From: Trichoplax adhaerens
Lineage: Eukaryota; Animalia; Placozoa
Assembly (NCBI RefSeq): GCF_000150275.1
Contig: NW_002060947.1
Location: 1,849,740-1,913,739 of the forward strand
Direction of reading: 5' to 3'
Length of the DNA stretch: 64,000 nucleotides
This document shows, piece by piece, positions 24,803-38,800 of the stretch (positions are counted from its first letter, which is position 1; each line of letters starts with the position of its first letter). The notes under the pieces were generated by a model. The model saw nothing but the letters and a program-made list of their open reading frames with translations. It was not told where the DNA came from and did not search any database. The position numbers were made by a program, and so were the translations under genes.

Positions 24803-24870
24803 CATGGACTACAAGGAATATCAAATTATATTATATTACATTGTACCAGTAGAATTTCTAGTAGTCCATG
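24803..24870. mobile_element. 68-bp mini-element with perfect 10-bp TIRs of the same family
   Basis: CATGGACTAC (24803-24812) ... GTAGTCCATG (24861-24870), flanked by CT on both sides (candidate 2-bp TSD). Confidence 0.65.
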
Positions 24871-25867
24871 CTTGAATTGTAATTTTCCCCATACCTTTTT
24901 CTGTTAGTGGTAGCTGTACTATTCACTTGTACACAAAACTACTGTAATTAGCTGAAATCACGACATCAGTGTATCTACTAGTATACTGCATTCTTCAAAG
25001 CCAATCGAGCAGCTCATTGGGATGACAATCGTAGGCAGTATTGCGTCCCGTTTCACATGTATGATACAATTGAAATGACCAGTCAATGAGTCTAACTCTC
25101 ATTTTTAGTATGGCGAATAACCCGTCCCTGGCTCTTTAGTATAACATGACTGATGAGTGATGACTTCACCCACAGCATTACCATACGCCTGCATCCTTGT
25201 TTCTATAGCAACCTGAAAGTCATAAACGATTGGCGACCTGGCTTAAATCCATATATAACCAATATCTAATTACAGTGTATACTCGTATTTATATATCCAG
25301 TTATCTATTCTACACATTTACACCACATATATTGCATTTAGAATACTTTGCGCTATTGAGTAATAGATTCTCGTGAATTGATTTTGTATCATGTTATAGT
25401 GTAGATCAAGCACAGTTTAAAAGCCTCGCTACAACATCAGAAGTGATATAAGATACATAAGAGTAAAACAAATTGCCATCTCATCAGTCTATGGTGCACC
25501 GATACAAATTTTGGATAATTCCATTATATTCATCAAACAGATTAGATATTAGCGTCGATAGTGTGTCGGACTGCACTCCAATCGGAGCTTAGGTACGCGT
25601 TCTCATATTCTTGGTGTAAAATACAACTTTGGCAGTATAACTAAATTTCACCAGAAAGCAATCTCTCACTATTGGCAGTCAACTTGAACGTAGTATTAAT
25701 TTTTACGGATTTATCAAGCAGATAACCAAGATGGCACAAACATTCGCGTTACCGCATCATTTCTCCTCAAGATCCATTTAATAAATTTAAAAATAACAGC
25801 AAGGCCATAAATCGATTTTTAATATTGCAGCATTAATTGTAAAGCCTGAAGTAGAATCCCCAAAGCA

Positions 25868-28800
25868 ATGAATTCTACTGATAATTTCGAACTAAAGGAA
25901 GATAATTCAAAATATCTCGAAACAACGCTGCCTTCACTTTTAACACTTTATGGGGTAGAGGATTACCAAAAGTTAAAATCGAACAAGAATACTAAAGTAA
26001 GTGTATAACAGCTAAAAGATCATACGGTAGTTTATCACAAAACCGAATGACTGTTAAACTAGAATATCCATCTTGATAGATACCGTACAGAGTCGATTAA
26101 TTAATCAAATTCAAGATTAAAAACTTTATATTATTAATCCAGTGACAATCAATAACTAGAATAATTAAGATATCTTACAACTATCGTACACTATCGTCAT
26201 TAGTAATAAACATTGGACGCTTAGCCTTTGACTACCATCATAAATTGTACCCAATTAACACCAAAGAGCTTCATTACTATGTACTTTAGACTGTTGTCAG
26301 AGAAAAGTCGACTAAAAAAGCTAGAAGTAAAAAGAAGAGTGCCAGTAGAAACTTTGACTTTGATCCAGAACCTGAAGAGGTAAATAGATAAACACATCTC
26401 GCTAAAAAAAATGCAACTATCGTAACGTACATTGTAAATAGGGTATGCTTGGTAATTTATGTATGCAGTATATTATGTGATATTTTACACACGAAAATAT
26501 CTATTAGTAAAAATGATATTGAAAAATATTCTTTTTTTGTTGCAGTTATGTGATCACTTAGAAAAAATGTCGATCCTGCGGGATCATTATAGAAGAGTTT
26601 ATATGGAAGCATTAGAGGAAAAAATCGATGAACAACGACAAAATATAAAGGAGATGCAAATGAAAGCTTTAAAAAAGCAGGAGAGACACAAACAGCATCT
26701 TCTGGTAAATCATACGTCATGCTATGCAATTTATTGAACAGGCAGAGTTTGAAGTATTGTTAGAAGAGCTATACGTAAAAATCAATCGAGTAATGCGTAC
26801 CTGAATATACACAATACTGCTGCGCTATTTATAGATTAAATAAATAACCAAATATCTATTATATAATGGTTTTACTATCAAAGTGAGACATTACTGTTTG
26901 TGTAAGCCAAAATTTCATATTATTTGGGAAAAATATAGAAAGATAAAAGGAGAATTTTAGAAGATAATCGTATGAAGCGATCAAAACCCGTAAGCGACAG
27001 CAGTTTTACTGATGCGTTACCTAAAACAGCATATTACAAGGTAATAATATGTCATGACTTCATGCAATATTGATTCAGTAGATTAATAAATTTAATTAAA
27101 CTATAGAATAAAAGTTTTACTCGTACGTTATATTTTATTCGGTAGTATATTACCGATTGCACGATTCCACGTACATAAATTTATTTTTTTAACTCTGATA
27201 TTAAAGATTATAGGATTAGAGCGTCGATTTGTTAAGGAGGGTAAAATAAAAGGCCATAGCCAAATAAATACGTTTTGGAATGGGATGTTGAGTCAACCTA
27301 AACAACTTCAGAAAGCTCTAGGAGGAGGTAGATCTTGCGGTTCATTGTTATTTTCTCCAATTTTGTAATCAGAAAAATTTTAAGATGCTTACATTTATTT
27401 CGTTTTTATTATATTACAGAACTTGCTGAAGATGATATTAAGAATCTGTTAATGGACAGAAGAATTAAAACTACTTCAAAAATATTTGATTATATTACCG
27501 TTGTAAATGAGTCGGATGGATTGGGTGATTTACCAACTCATGAGCAAATGGTAAAAATAGTCACTTCGGAGAACTATGTTCATACTAAACCAACATTAGA
27601 AGCAGATATGATCTGTACTTACATATGGATAATTTAACAAGTTTATCTTATAATTAAGCATTACTACCTATGTTTCATGCAGCTACAAGCACTTCCTGAA
27701 TTAACAGGAATTAGATCAAGAGATTCTAAAAGAGCTTCTAGAAGGGCTTCACGAAGAGGATCAACACAACAAGGATATTCGATAGAGAAAATGTTCCCTA
27801 GGGTAAATGTTACTACATTTTTGCTAGCTTACCTCGCAAATTTATACTGAGGCTATGTAGAGAGATTTCAATATCACTATTTAATGATAAATAACTTAGA
27901 TTTGTCATTCTGGGCACCCAACTACTGATTTAGATATTATAATAAAATAGTACCGGCTTTTAATTACATATATATGCAGCAAATGCTGCTTATTAGTTAA
28001 ATAATTTATTGCATTAGCCGAGTTTTGATTATAATATGTATATTTATTGATATTATAGGTCAGTATGCCAACAATGGAATCGCTTCAAAAAAGCTATGTA
28101 ATTAAAGGCCCATCTCCTGAAGAGGTTATTAGCGATTGACATTTTAGACGGTCTGAGAAAATGCTTGATAACTTTATTGCTAATATATCAATTCTTATTC
28201 ATAGATACAACGTAAAGAAGAAGAGAGACTAAAGCTCAGAATCAGGCAAAAAGCTAGAAGACGTATTGGCCGTATGTATTTGCATGCATTAGCAAATGAA
28301 TCCGCGTCAGCCAGGTGAGATTTTACTTACAAATTGATTCGAGAAAATTATTGAAAAGATTTCCTTCCAGTTTTAATTTAGTTTTACAGACACTCTAATG
28401 TCTATTATTGTGATCTTATAGAAAAATAGAAGATTCTGTCGATGCCCTACGTTTGTCCTGTAGAATTTCAGATTTTATAACAGCTACAGATCAAGTATCC
28501 AACACAGAACAGGATGAGAGCGATGAGGAAAGTGTGGCTGATAATTCTCAGACGTGTATTCCAGTAGAAAACAATTCGAAGGATAGTGACGCTAAGGATC
28601 GGTTGTCACAAGATGAAATTACTAAAGAAGCATACAGCAATGAAACTGAATCTAACGACGATAAGTTATTATTTCATGATCCAATCAAGACTTTAATAAG
28701 AAAAGAGATTAGCGAGACTAAAATGGAAAAACGGTAAATTTATTTAGTCATAAAATGCTTCAGCTTTGTATCTGTAAATTTACGAGAGGAATAAAATTCT

Positions 28801-29588
28801 TCTATAATCTTCAAGTAACGCATATTTATCCATTCTCTCTAAGTAACTATGTCATTGATTTTGAAGCAATCTCAAACATGTAAAATTATATAGCAATGTT
28901 GTAAGGATAAATTTGAAAATGGTGAAATTTTAGCTACGCTAACAGATCAGAATTATCATATATTGATACCTACCAGTATATCATGATATATCATTCTTAT
29001 TTAAATGATAATTAAAGATTATAACTAAGTTATTTTAACTGAAGTTCCATAAAATCTATATGATTCATCAAGTTCATATCATAAAGTATAAAAAGGTGGC
29101 ATACCTATTGTGTAAGAATATATAGTAAATAAACTAATAATTTCAGACTAATTTACCCCGTAAATCTATATATATTGAAATGAATTTTACTCTGTGGCAT
29201 GTTAAATTGTTGTCTCATACACAAGTTACTATTATTTAATATCTGGATCATTATGCCTTCTTGTAGAAATTCTATGTATCAGTACATATTGGCAATGTCG
29301 TAACATATATAAATTAGCCATTGTAGAAAATTTAAAATATTATCTTTAATATTAAGTAATTCTTTGACACTGATCTATTCTATTTAGACAAAATTCTAAT
29401 GCAAATCAATTGGAACCATTAAGTATGAGCCAGCTAATGCGAGAATCACATACAAAAGTAATTCTATTATCACATTTAAGTTATCCAAAGTATGAAAGGC
29501 AAGGTATTAAATCTTTATTTTAATGCATTTCATCTAGGAAGCGAAGCGACTGAGCTCCTTGTGGAAAATCGACTTTCTAACTAACTGA
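25868..29588 (+). CDS. Uncharacterised multi-exon protein, coiled-coil rich. Approximate exons 25868-25996, 26290-26379, 26546-26704, 26939-27040, 27207-27327, 27420-27550, 27682-27802, 28059-28124, 28206-28314, 28464-28733, 29388-29457, 29538-29588
   Basis: Consecutive GT-AG-bounded exons read in one continuous frame: ...LCDHLEKMSILRDHYRRVYMEALEEKIDEQRQ...DALPKTAYYKIIGLERRFVKEGKIK...NTFW...RRIGRMYLHALANESASAR...EPLSMSQLMRESHTKEAKRLSSLWKIDFLTN*. Family not recognised; start codon tentative; some boundaries may be off by a base or two. Confidence 0.72.
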
Positions 29589-32500
29589 ATAGAACCTTGC
29601 AGTTATTTTGGAGGCTGATATTGATAATAAGTTTATTACTTAGCTAAAATTTGTGATTATTGCAACATAATATATATATATGCTATTGCACAATTAATGT
29701 TATCATCAAAGAGTGATCACTTGATGCATATACACGCGTGCAACCTATTTAAATTCAAGTTTAAAATTTTATGAAATCTCTCGTATTTATACATTTCCGA
29801 CCCTAAATCTGGACAGTATATGTTTGAATAACACAAAAATTAAAGGCTATTATAAACTTACAAGAGTAAGTGTTCTGCCGAGTTGTTCATTTCCTCTATT
29901 GGCAGAACACCCGCGTTATGTAGAGAACAAGGATAAATAAAATTATATTTATAAGACTTTGTGTATTGACTATAATTTTAAGACATTAACGTATTCAGGG
30001 AAATATCCTTATACCGCAAGCCGACAGTTCGTATACGCACTATCATTATTTGAAAAATTGAATATATTAACAATCACTAAGCTGAAGTACCGTATCTGTG
30101 TTTCCGAAACAAAACTTTTCTAGCAAATTCTAGTTCCATCTGCTGGTATTTAACTTTAACTACATCTTGAGCGAACTCTACAAAAAAATGTTTAATTATA
30201 AAGTAACTGAAGAAATATAAGCCTGTAGTCTGTTTTTAGATGAAATGAGTAATAGATGAAATAATTATTCTCATGTAATCATCTCGATACCGTACTCTCT
30301 TAAATACTCACTAGTATAAGCGTATTATATTTACGTTAGAGTTTAGAATTATATTGTTAGAAAAATCTTTTAATTCCACAGCTGTACAATTTCATAGTAA
30401 TTGACAACAAATCTTCAGTTCAGTATTTCAATTTTAATGGATTCACCTGAGGATTAATCAGTAGTCTTACCTTTTATAAGCTGTAACGTTCTAAATTTGC
30501 AAGTAATGTGTGGTAAACTTTGCTATCATTTAGGTATGCATTCTGGCAGAAATTCTGCAAGCCAGTCTGTTGCAATCTGGGATTGAAGTAAATGCCAATA
30601 TTACAGTCTGCTCACGTTTTTTTGTCATCTAAACAGTATCAGCGATAGGTGTCTGAGTCAATTTCCTAAATACTCGTACAGCTATATTAATTTCCAAGCT
30701 ATATATTGCAGTTATATAGCAATCTGAAAATATTTGTAATAGTAGAGCTAGCATAAGCCTCCTTTTTATTTATATTACGAAATATTTTAACACTAGCGAG
30801 ACAATGCTTTTCGTACTAGCGAACCAAGAAGGCGTTTGGAGTAAAAAATTATAGTGATCGAATATTAAACAACACAGAATAAACCATTGCGGCCTGTTGG
30901 TATTTCAAAAGTTTTAGTTTATTCTAATTCCTTCACGGCATAAATTGAAGTGCACATTTTCTAAACTATATTTAGCCTTAAGTAATATAGATATATGGCG
31001 ATTTAGATTGATATCCATCAGTTTAAGAACGCTAACTAGATCTGATATCATACAGTGGAAGATTCTCGTTTCAAAATGATGAAAAATCAACCCGAATTCA
31101 TCTAATCAAAATTACAAAAATTATATTCTATTCAAGAATGCGCTAAAGGAATAAATTGCTATAAATTAAGCGTATCCTTATTCTCCTAAATTACAATATT
31201 TTGGCATATATTGATTATTAAAGAGATGTTTTAAAATAGATATTGTATAGATATAGGAATGTTCGCTAAGAATTTAAATTTCATCATAGATTCTCTGTTA
31301 TAAATGCCATGATATCATTAAAAATTTGAGCCCCTTGTAGAATGCGACCAATAATTTAAATTCTATATAAATCAGTTGCAATATAGATCATGATCTGCAA
31401 GATAATCTGCTAAAATTGTATTCAAATTCAAATCTAATAGGCGTCGTTAAGTAATTTCTTTTGAAATAGCATAAATACATTTTATCAGCAAGTGAGATTT
31501 AAGCTAGCTCTTAATTATTGTATTATTCAAGTGTTTGTATATTTACTAAATGATTTTCATATCACATGTACCGCAGGATAAATTAAAATAATGGTAACTT
31601 TTAATGTTATGCATAAAGGTGTGTATCGGGATAAACTATCCTAAATTTAGCTATACTGTTCACCTCCTATTTTATCGCTTTAAGCGATGTTATAGGCAGG
31701 AAATATGACTTCGATATCGATTACGGTACTTTATTCGAGTTTGTAGCCAAGTGACTCTTGCTATACAACATAAACACATAACAGGACAAACACGATTGCG
31801 GTAAATAGAAAGTGGTATATATAAAGTAAAAATCTGTGGCTTAATCTAAAATTAATTGTAGTTTTGATTTTCGAGTCTAGCCTATAGCACTATAGCATAA
31901 GCAGTAAATTTTATCTCGTTATTGACTATAATGTAATTTAGTATGAAGCTAACAGATCCCACTTTGCAGGATAAGTACCGTATTAGGAAGACAAAATTAC
32001 AGTAGAATGCAAATCCTTTATCGACTGTTCTAAATTTAATTATAATTCTGCCTTTCATAGCAATGCCTAGTGCTCTATTATAACTAAGAAACTTATCATT
32101 TATTATGATGCGATTTCAGTTTAATACCAGTAAGTACCATTATACAGTTTGAATACTACAAGTACGTAATAAAGGTAAAATTTTTTAAGCACAATATATA
32201 TCTGCTATCAATTATCCTAAATTTAGCTACATTTATTAATTCTTCCGCATGCTGGGTTATATTATTTCCTATTGTCACAAACCAGCTTCGTGACAAGGAT
32301 AACGTAAAACAAATCTCTAAATTGCTATAGTCTCCGGGATTCAGTATCCCTTAACTACCTCACAAGAATTTAGACGCCTTTGATTCTACGTTAAACTCAA
32401 CTAGACGATTGAGAACTGCTTTATTCAACTATCTGACAGGCTTATATACCCTTCTACAGCAGCTAACATTCACAAGTTATCTTATAAAAATACTTGGGTG

Positions 32501-35439
32501 AGAACTAACTAGTTTTTCACAGTCGGACTACAATATGTCCATTCACAGAATCATTTCAGTACACATTACAGCACAGCATTAAATTTACTGTAACACATTT
32601 ATAATTAGAGTAATTCCTATTGTAAGTAACTAGTTGTGATATAATATCACTATATTATATTAACCTAATTTAGATATCTATTTCTTCACGGTAGTTCGCA
32701 CCATGACACCTATATAGAAAATTTTATATTGTTATTGATATATTATTCTTTAGCTTCATATACTAGCTGTAGCCGTTTGATCGATTGAAGGATAAATTGA
32801 TTAGCAGTAAAGCCTAAATACTAAGCACACAAATTGTATATTTATCGACTATCCTAAACTTAGTTATTAGTAATTATTATTAGGTAGTTATTAATAGCTG
32901 TAGATACTGTACTGTGCTATATCTGGTGGCAACAATTAAATTCTGAATTTTCATAGAAGTATAATTAGGTCCTTGATAATTCTCATTGCCATCAATAGCC
33001 TATTTGTTTCATAGTGTTAAGCTGCAGCTATCATTATAGGGCTATTACACCTAAGTTATTTTATAAAGGTGAAGATGCTTGGAGATTATGGAATGCTAGA
33101 TGCAATTAACATCTAATTAACAGATATGATATCAAAACAAATAGACGGTGTTATGTAAATTTTAGATATTAACGATCAACAGCATAAGTTAATATGTTAC
33201 TGCAACTGCATAAGTTAACAACAACTGGTTATTATTAGCATATTAGCAGCAAACCTTATTTTGATATTAGATTACCATGATAATACAAATCAACGAGAAG
33301 AGAATAAACAAATAAGTAGATCAAATGTAATGACTTAAATCGTTGCAAAATGACTTTACAATTGCGATCTGTTTTGATGCAATATGTTAATTATCTCACT
33401 GGTTTTGGGCGCAATCTACCATTTTGATGAATCATTCTTCGATTCTGCATAATAGCGAATAAAATTACAGTTAAAAGCGATTCACTGTATGATTGCAGAA
33501 AGAAACAGTATTGGCTGACCACAGAGCATTATTAAACTTTTCCATAATGATTTTCCTGTATTTTTAGTCACCAGTTTGAGAATCGTCGAAATCACTTTGC
33601 ACAGTAATTGACACGGCATCAATATCATGATGGAATGAAAACTATCATCCATGACTAAGTGTCAAATATTGATTCACACTGGGATGTAATTTCTAAAATT
33701 TGGTTGAACGATATAATACTAAGCAGAGAAATAAAATCTAACTAATAATCGTTATGTTAACTCAAAGTCTCTATTATGTTGACCGTGATCAAGACAGACG
33801 TTATACAATATGATTCTCGTTGACAGCGTAGCGTAATATTTTCACTTGATATAGAAAAGAAAATTTGTCCATCTTAAATTCTAGCCCATCTCTGCAAATA
33901 ACCATTAATTGTCTGTAACCATGTACTATAACGTTAATCCTTACTATTGTACATTTAAAAGGTAACATACCACGAGCTATAATATGACTAATTTTGTAAT
34001 CGTATATGCTTAATTGCAATGAAACAGTTTGAAACGAATTCAAATAGCTTCATTCTTTGATCACTAAGGAACAACGATAAAAAACGAATGGGATTGTTAT
34101 CCTATTATTGGTAGCTATATGAAAGGCTAGTATAAGTTCGATAGATTAATAACAAATTAATTTTGACTTAATGTAGGGAAGTGGAACAATAATGCATTCT
34201 TTAATGTAGAGCTTGGATATTAATAGACCTTATTAAACTATTATTACGATGTTAATGGACATTTTCTATTTGTACAGTGCAAGATGTTGATCAATGAATT
34301 AGATTCAATGTAGTCTTATATATAATTTTATTGACTTTGATGATCAAATAATCTGTCCTACTTAATGGATTGTTGATGATTATTAGAAGTCCTCATGATG
34401 TTGATAAAGTTCCGCATTGATTGATTGATTGCTGCCACTATCTTATGTTATTAATATTCATTGCCACTAATCGACGCCCTATTAAATCTATTGACATTAA
34501 CTTAGATTATTGAATAGGTTATCAATCAATATCTTAATATGGATAGATAATGATAATTAGGGATGGAAGTGGGAGATACAAAGTGTCAAAATCATAATGA
34601 TGAGAAATTGTAACTTAATTTAATATGATTATTTTGATATTAATAAATATTTTTGATATACGGTTTAATTTAATGATTTATTGTATCCTAGCACTGATCC
34701 ATTATTATTGACATTATATTAATGGCTAGATAGTCAGGTGTTAATTTAGATTATAATTTAGATAGCGATGATCCAATTAAGGCAATATATTCAAATTCTA
34801 TTGATGAATCATACGAGTGGAATACGAATGGAACTTCAATTTTAGGACTTTATAGAATAATATTATAGTAAATTTATCAAGTTATGTCAACCTGGCCATT
34901 ATATATATTGGAAAATGTAGTTTTCATCAAGGCGCAAAAAGAAATCATTTTGGATTAAAATTTTATATTGTGAGGATTTTTAATAACGATGACCATAAAC
35001 ATATGATTAATTTGAGTTGATAGCAGTCCCAGCACATAAACAAGATCATTAATTACCACGCCATACACTTAATGGATCCATTAAGAGCATAATATCAATA
35101 TTGCTATATTATTTAGTGCTACTATTTACTTAACAATCCTTTGCTAGCAATGTTTTCGGCTGCGTGATTCTTGATGAGAGTAATTTTTTTAACTATTAGT
35201 AGACACGTAGTTAAACGTTAAATTCTTCAATATATTAGGGATAAAGTAGGAGCTTCAAATTTATAAGCCTTCACAATAATTAGAACTATCTGCAGCCATT
35301 TGATAAATTATCCATAATGCCTCCAATAAGAGACTACTTATAATCCTCTCATTGTGTATTATCATGTCAAGTTGCTACAGGAAAATTTTACGATAACCTC
35401 TACCTATAGCATCTGTTCATTGCGTTTGCCGACTGTTGA

Positions 35440-35802
35440 CATAGTAAAGATTACTCGACAAAAGAGTATTGAATCTTTTTATTCATTTTAATGCTCGCAT
35501 TTATAGTTAATTAAGAATTGATCGAAGATTAGAATTCATAGTGCTTTCACGATAACTTAAAATTTCATCTAAAAATTCCAGGGTTGGATATATATTTTTA
35601 TATTTACTAGAAATAAGATCAGATACTTTACATAGTAAAGATTACTGGACAAAACAGTATTGAATTTTTATTCATCTTAATGCTCGTATTTATAATTAAA
35701 ACTGATCGAGGATTTAAATTCATGGAGCTTTCAAAATAGTTTATACTTAATCTGAAAGCTGAATTTTATTTGCGATATTTACTAGAAATAGGATTAGATA
35801 CT
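35440..35802. repeat. Diverged tandem duplication, ~191-bp period, two copies
   Basis: catagtaaagattact.gacaaaa.agtattgaat at 35440 and 35631; both copies end atatttactagaaata.gat.agatact. Confidence 0.85.
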
Positions 35803-38800
35803 AGTTCTAATCGTATTTATAGACTATCCAGTACTATTGCAATAAATAGCTAACTACAATACTGCTTCATCACAACATTGCAGAAGGATACTTCATGTTT
35901 AATCCTTAAGAAAATATTCAAATAGCCTGAGGACAAGTAACCTTACAATGAAAAGTAATTATTGCTATCTTAGTGGTCTGTATTGCAGTCAATCTCATTA
36001 TTGTATCATTTGAACTTACTTGTTCGAGTATCTACAATTAAGATAGGAGAGCTATGATACATCGATAATATTACTGTGTTTCTTAGAAATTTGAAACGAA
36101 ATAATACATTACTATTATTTTTAAACGCTATATTTAAGAGTAATGACAAAGAAAAGTGGCGGTTAAGTCCAGTGTAGCATTTAGAAATGTATTACTTCCT
36201 ATTGACTTATACTCAATATTACTAGCATAAAGTAGAGATATCGCTATCCGATTTTAATACAATCTAGGATTGAAATAAAATTAACGAATGACCCTATTAA
36301 TCCTAGAAGTAATTTTATAATTCTTAATAGTTCAATTGAACGTCCATCTAGTAAATGATAGATTGCTATATAATTGAAACACCTATAAATTTATAAATTG
36401 ACTTTAATATTGCTAATAATCATTGATGAATGCTATTGCAGACAAATATATCTGCTCATATCAATAGGTTGAAACTACATTCACGGCCTAGATATATATT
36501 TAATTAATATCGGACCATGACCTAAGATTTTCTGTAGGACTACAGACGAATTTACCGAAATCAAAAGGACGCTAATTGAATAAAATTAACAGTGCTAAAA
36601 TGATACGAAATTAAAAATTGACATCGTGATACTTGCAGTCCATATATAATGCTATCAAGGAGGTAAAATAACTTTTCTACAAATTATAATTCTATCCCCA
36701 AGTATTTAATATTAATTTCAATGTAACCCTGATTCATTCCTATTTGATGACCTTTAAAGCTTAACTGTACGCGTAAATTAATATTATGCGTAGTTTACTT
36801 TGGATATTGATATTATGTCAATCTTCTGAATACAATTCAATTTACTGTAAATAGAATTATGAAGATGTTGACAGCTAATTACAAGTCTGTCATCGATTAA
36901 AATTGACATGTCATGATAATGATGAGGATGATTATTATTGCATCATTATTATTTGCAAATTATCTATAGAATTTGAACGCTAGTCTACCGATGAATGACA
37001 TTTGAAAGACAATATTCCACGAAGGAATTCACTGATATTATTGTTGACCTATCAATCATTTGGGTAGGCAATTGATTCATTTAATGCCATGATTACTTGC
37101 AAGATGTCTGCTTAGATAATATTTCGCTCTTCTCTAATAAATACTATTGTGGCAGTTGCACTATTCTATTGGATCTATTCTCTAAAACTAACCACAGTAA
37201 AAACTGCGTGATGACGATGAAATTGAGCAAGATTAGAAGAATTTCACGTCAACAATTTCTAATTATTACCAGAAAATTTTTATTAAATACTGCCGCTGCC
37301 GCTTTCCAGCAAATCCTTTAAATAAATTTGAAAAGATTATTTATTTACCGGCTGATAGACAACTTTATCGTCCATTGATAATTAGTTATGAAGTGGCACT
37401 TATTCTCTAGAGTGATCAATGTCAAAATTAGAATCTAGATTAGTTATAAATCGAATTGTAAGCCTTTTCCATACACTTAAAGTCAAAATTAGTCCGAGAT
37501 GCAGTATAATCTCTTGAACATTAAATTTATAACAAAAAGAACCGTTGCAAAAGTACATCCAATATTGTAGAGTTGTAATATAACGATATTATTATCGCTA
37601 TCGAATTCTTGCAATTCAGTCATACCGAGTATTCGATTTTGAATAGCGTATAAAATATTATTTTCGGATGTGACAGTCTTTGCTTTCGATTTGATTGAAC
37701 TGGACAATACTGAACTAGAATAATCCTGCAAATGAGTTGATAATAAAATAATCTACTAGTTATTTAAAATTGAATGCGAAATTTTAAGGTCATAGTGATC
37801 ATTTTATGAAACTATAGTACGATATAATTACGAACGATAACAATTTATCAAAGCACTTTGACAAATACTGTTCTATTATAATCAGTTTAATATGATGCTC
37901 AGTTCATCACCACTTTTTCATTACATAATTCATTTTAATCATAAATCAACGTTAGCGATGGCTAGATACCAGAAACTATGTTGAAAAAATTAGTTGAAGC
38001 AGACTATTAGCAATAATCTCCTATTTCTGCTTGGGCCTTAAATTTAATCATAATTAATGATAAGAAAGAGTATTCTAGTGCTTCTATGACTACCCGACTA
38101 TGGCTAAGAAATAAGTCCTTTATTCAACTCTTCTTAACTTTCTTTTAAGACGTATCGATTTAAAGAATTATTATGCTATAGCCTAATGATAAAGTTTCAT
38201 AATCACTTTACTAGCCGTAACAGAACCTGTCTAGACTAATAGTCTTGGCTACTTAGTAGAACTAGTAAGCCTGCTATAATAATAGCAGATTAAAATCTAA
38301 TTGAGAATTAAAGAGTTTCTGATCTCATCATCTACAAATACAATAATGATAAGATAATGGACAATATATGTCCTGATGATGAGAATTAGAAGAGCTAGTT
38401 ACTGCCTAATCCCGTTTGAGGTTTTAAGCTACAAGTTATATTAGTTATTACAATGAATAGGTATAACAAATTAATGGACTTTAACCCTATTTAAGATTTA
38501 TAAAAATATTATTGATAACGTCTAAGCGGAAATGCGATCGGGTATGTTCGCTTAATGATGGTGTTACTGTATATATACCTTCATAGTCATTTTTTATACA
38601 GAGGTACATTATCATTGAATGCAATTAATGATTTTTGTTAATTAAAACGAGTTCCAAAGGTCACTGATATTACGCTCTAAAAATTCTATCGAATGTAAAC
38701 TAATTAAATTTCTGTCTTATAATAAAATTACAATCGCGAACAATTACGAAAACAATAAATTCTAAATTCAATACTATAAGGCTATTTTCGTGTTCACTTC

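Noticed and set aside
25731-25781. ATG at 25731 as the start of the unknown gene
   Set aside because: It hits TAA after 16 codons with no donor site; at most a uORF.
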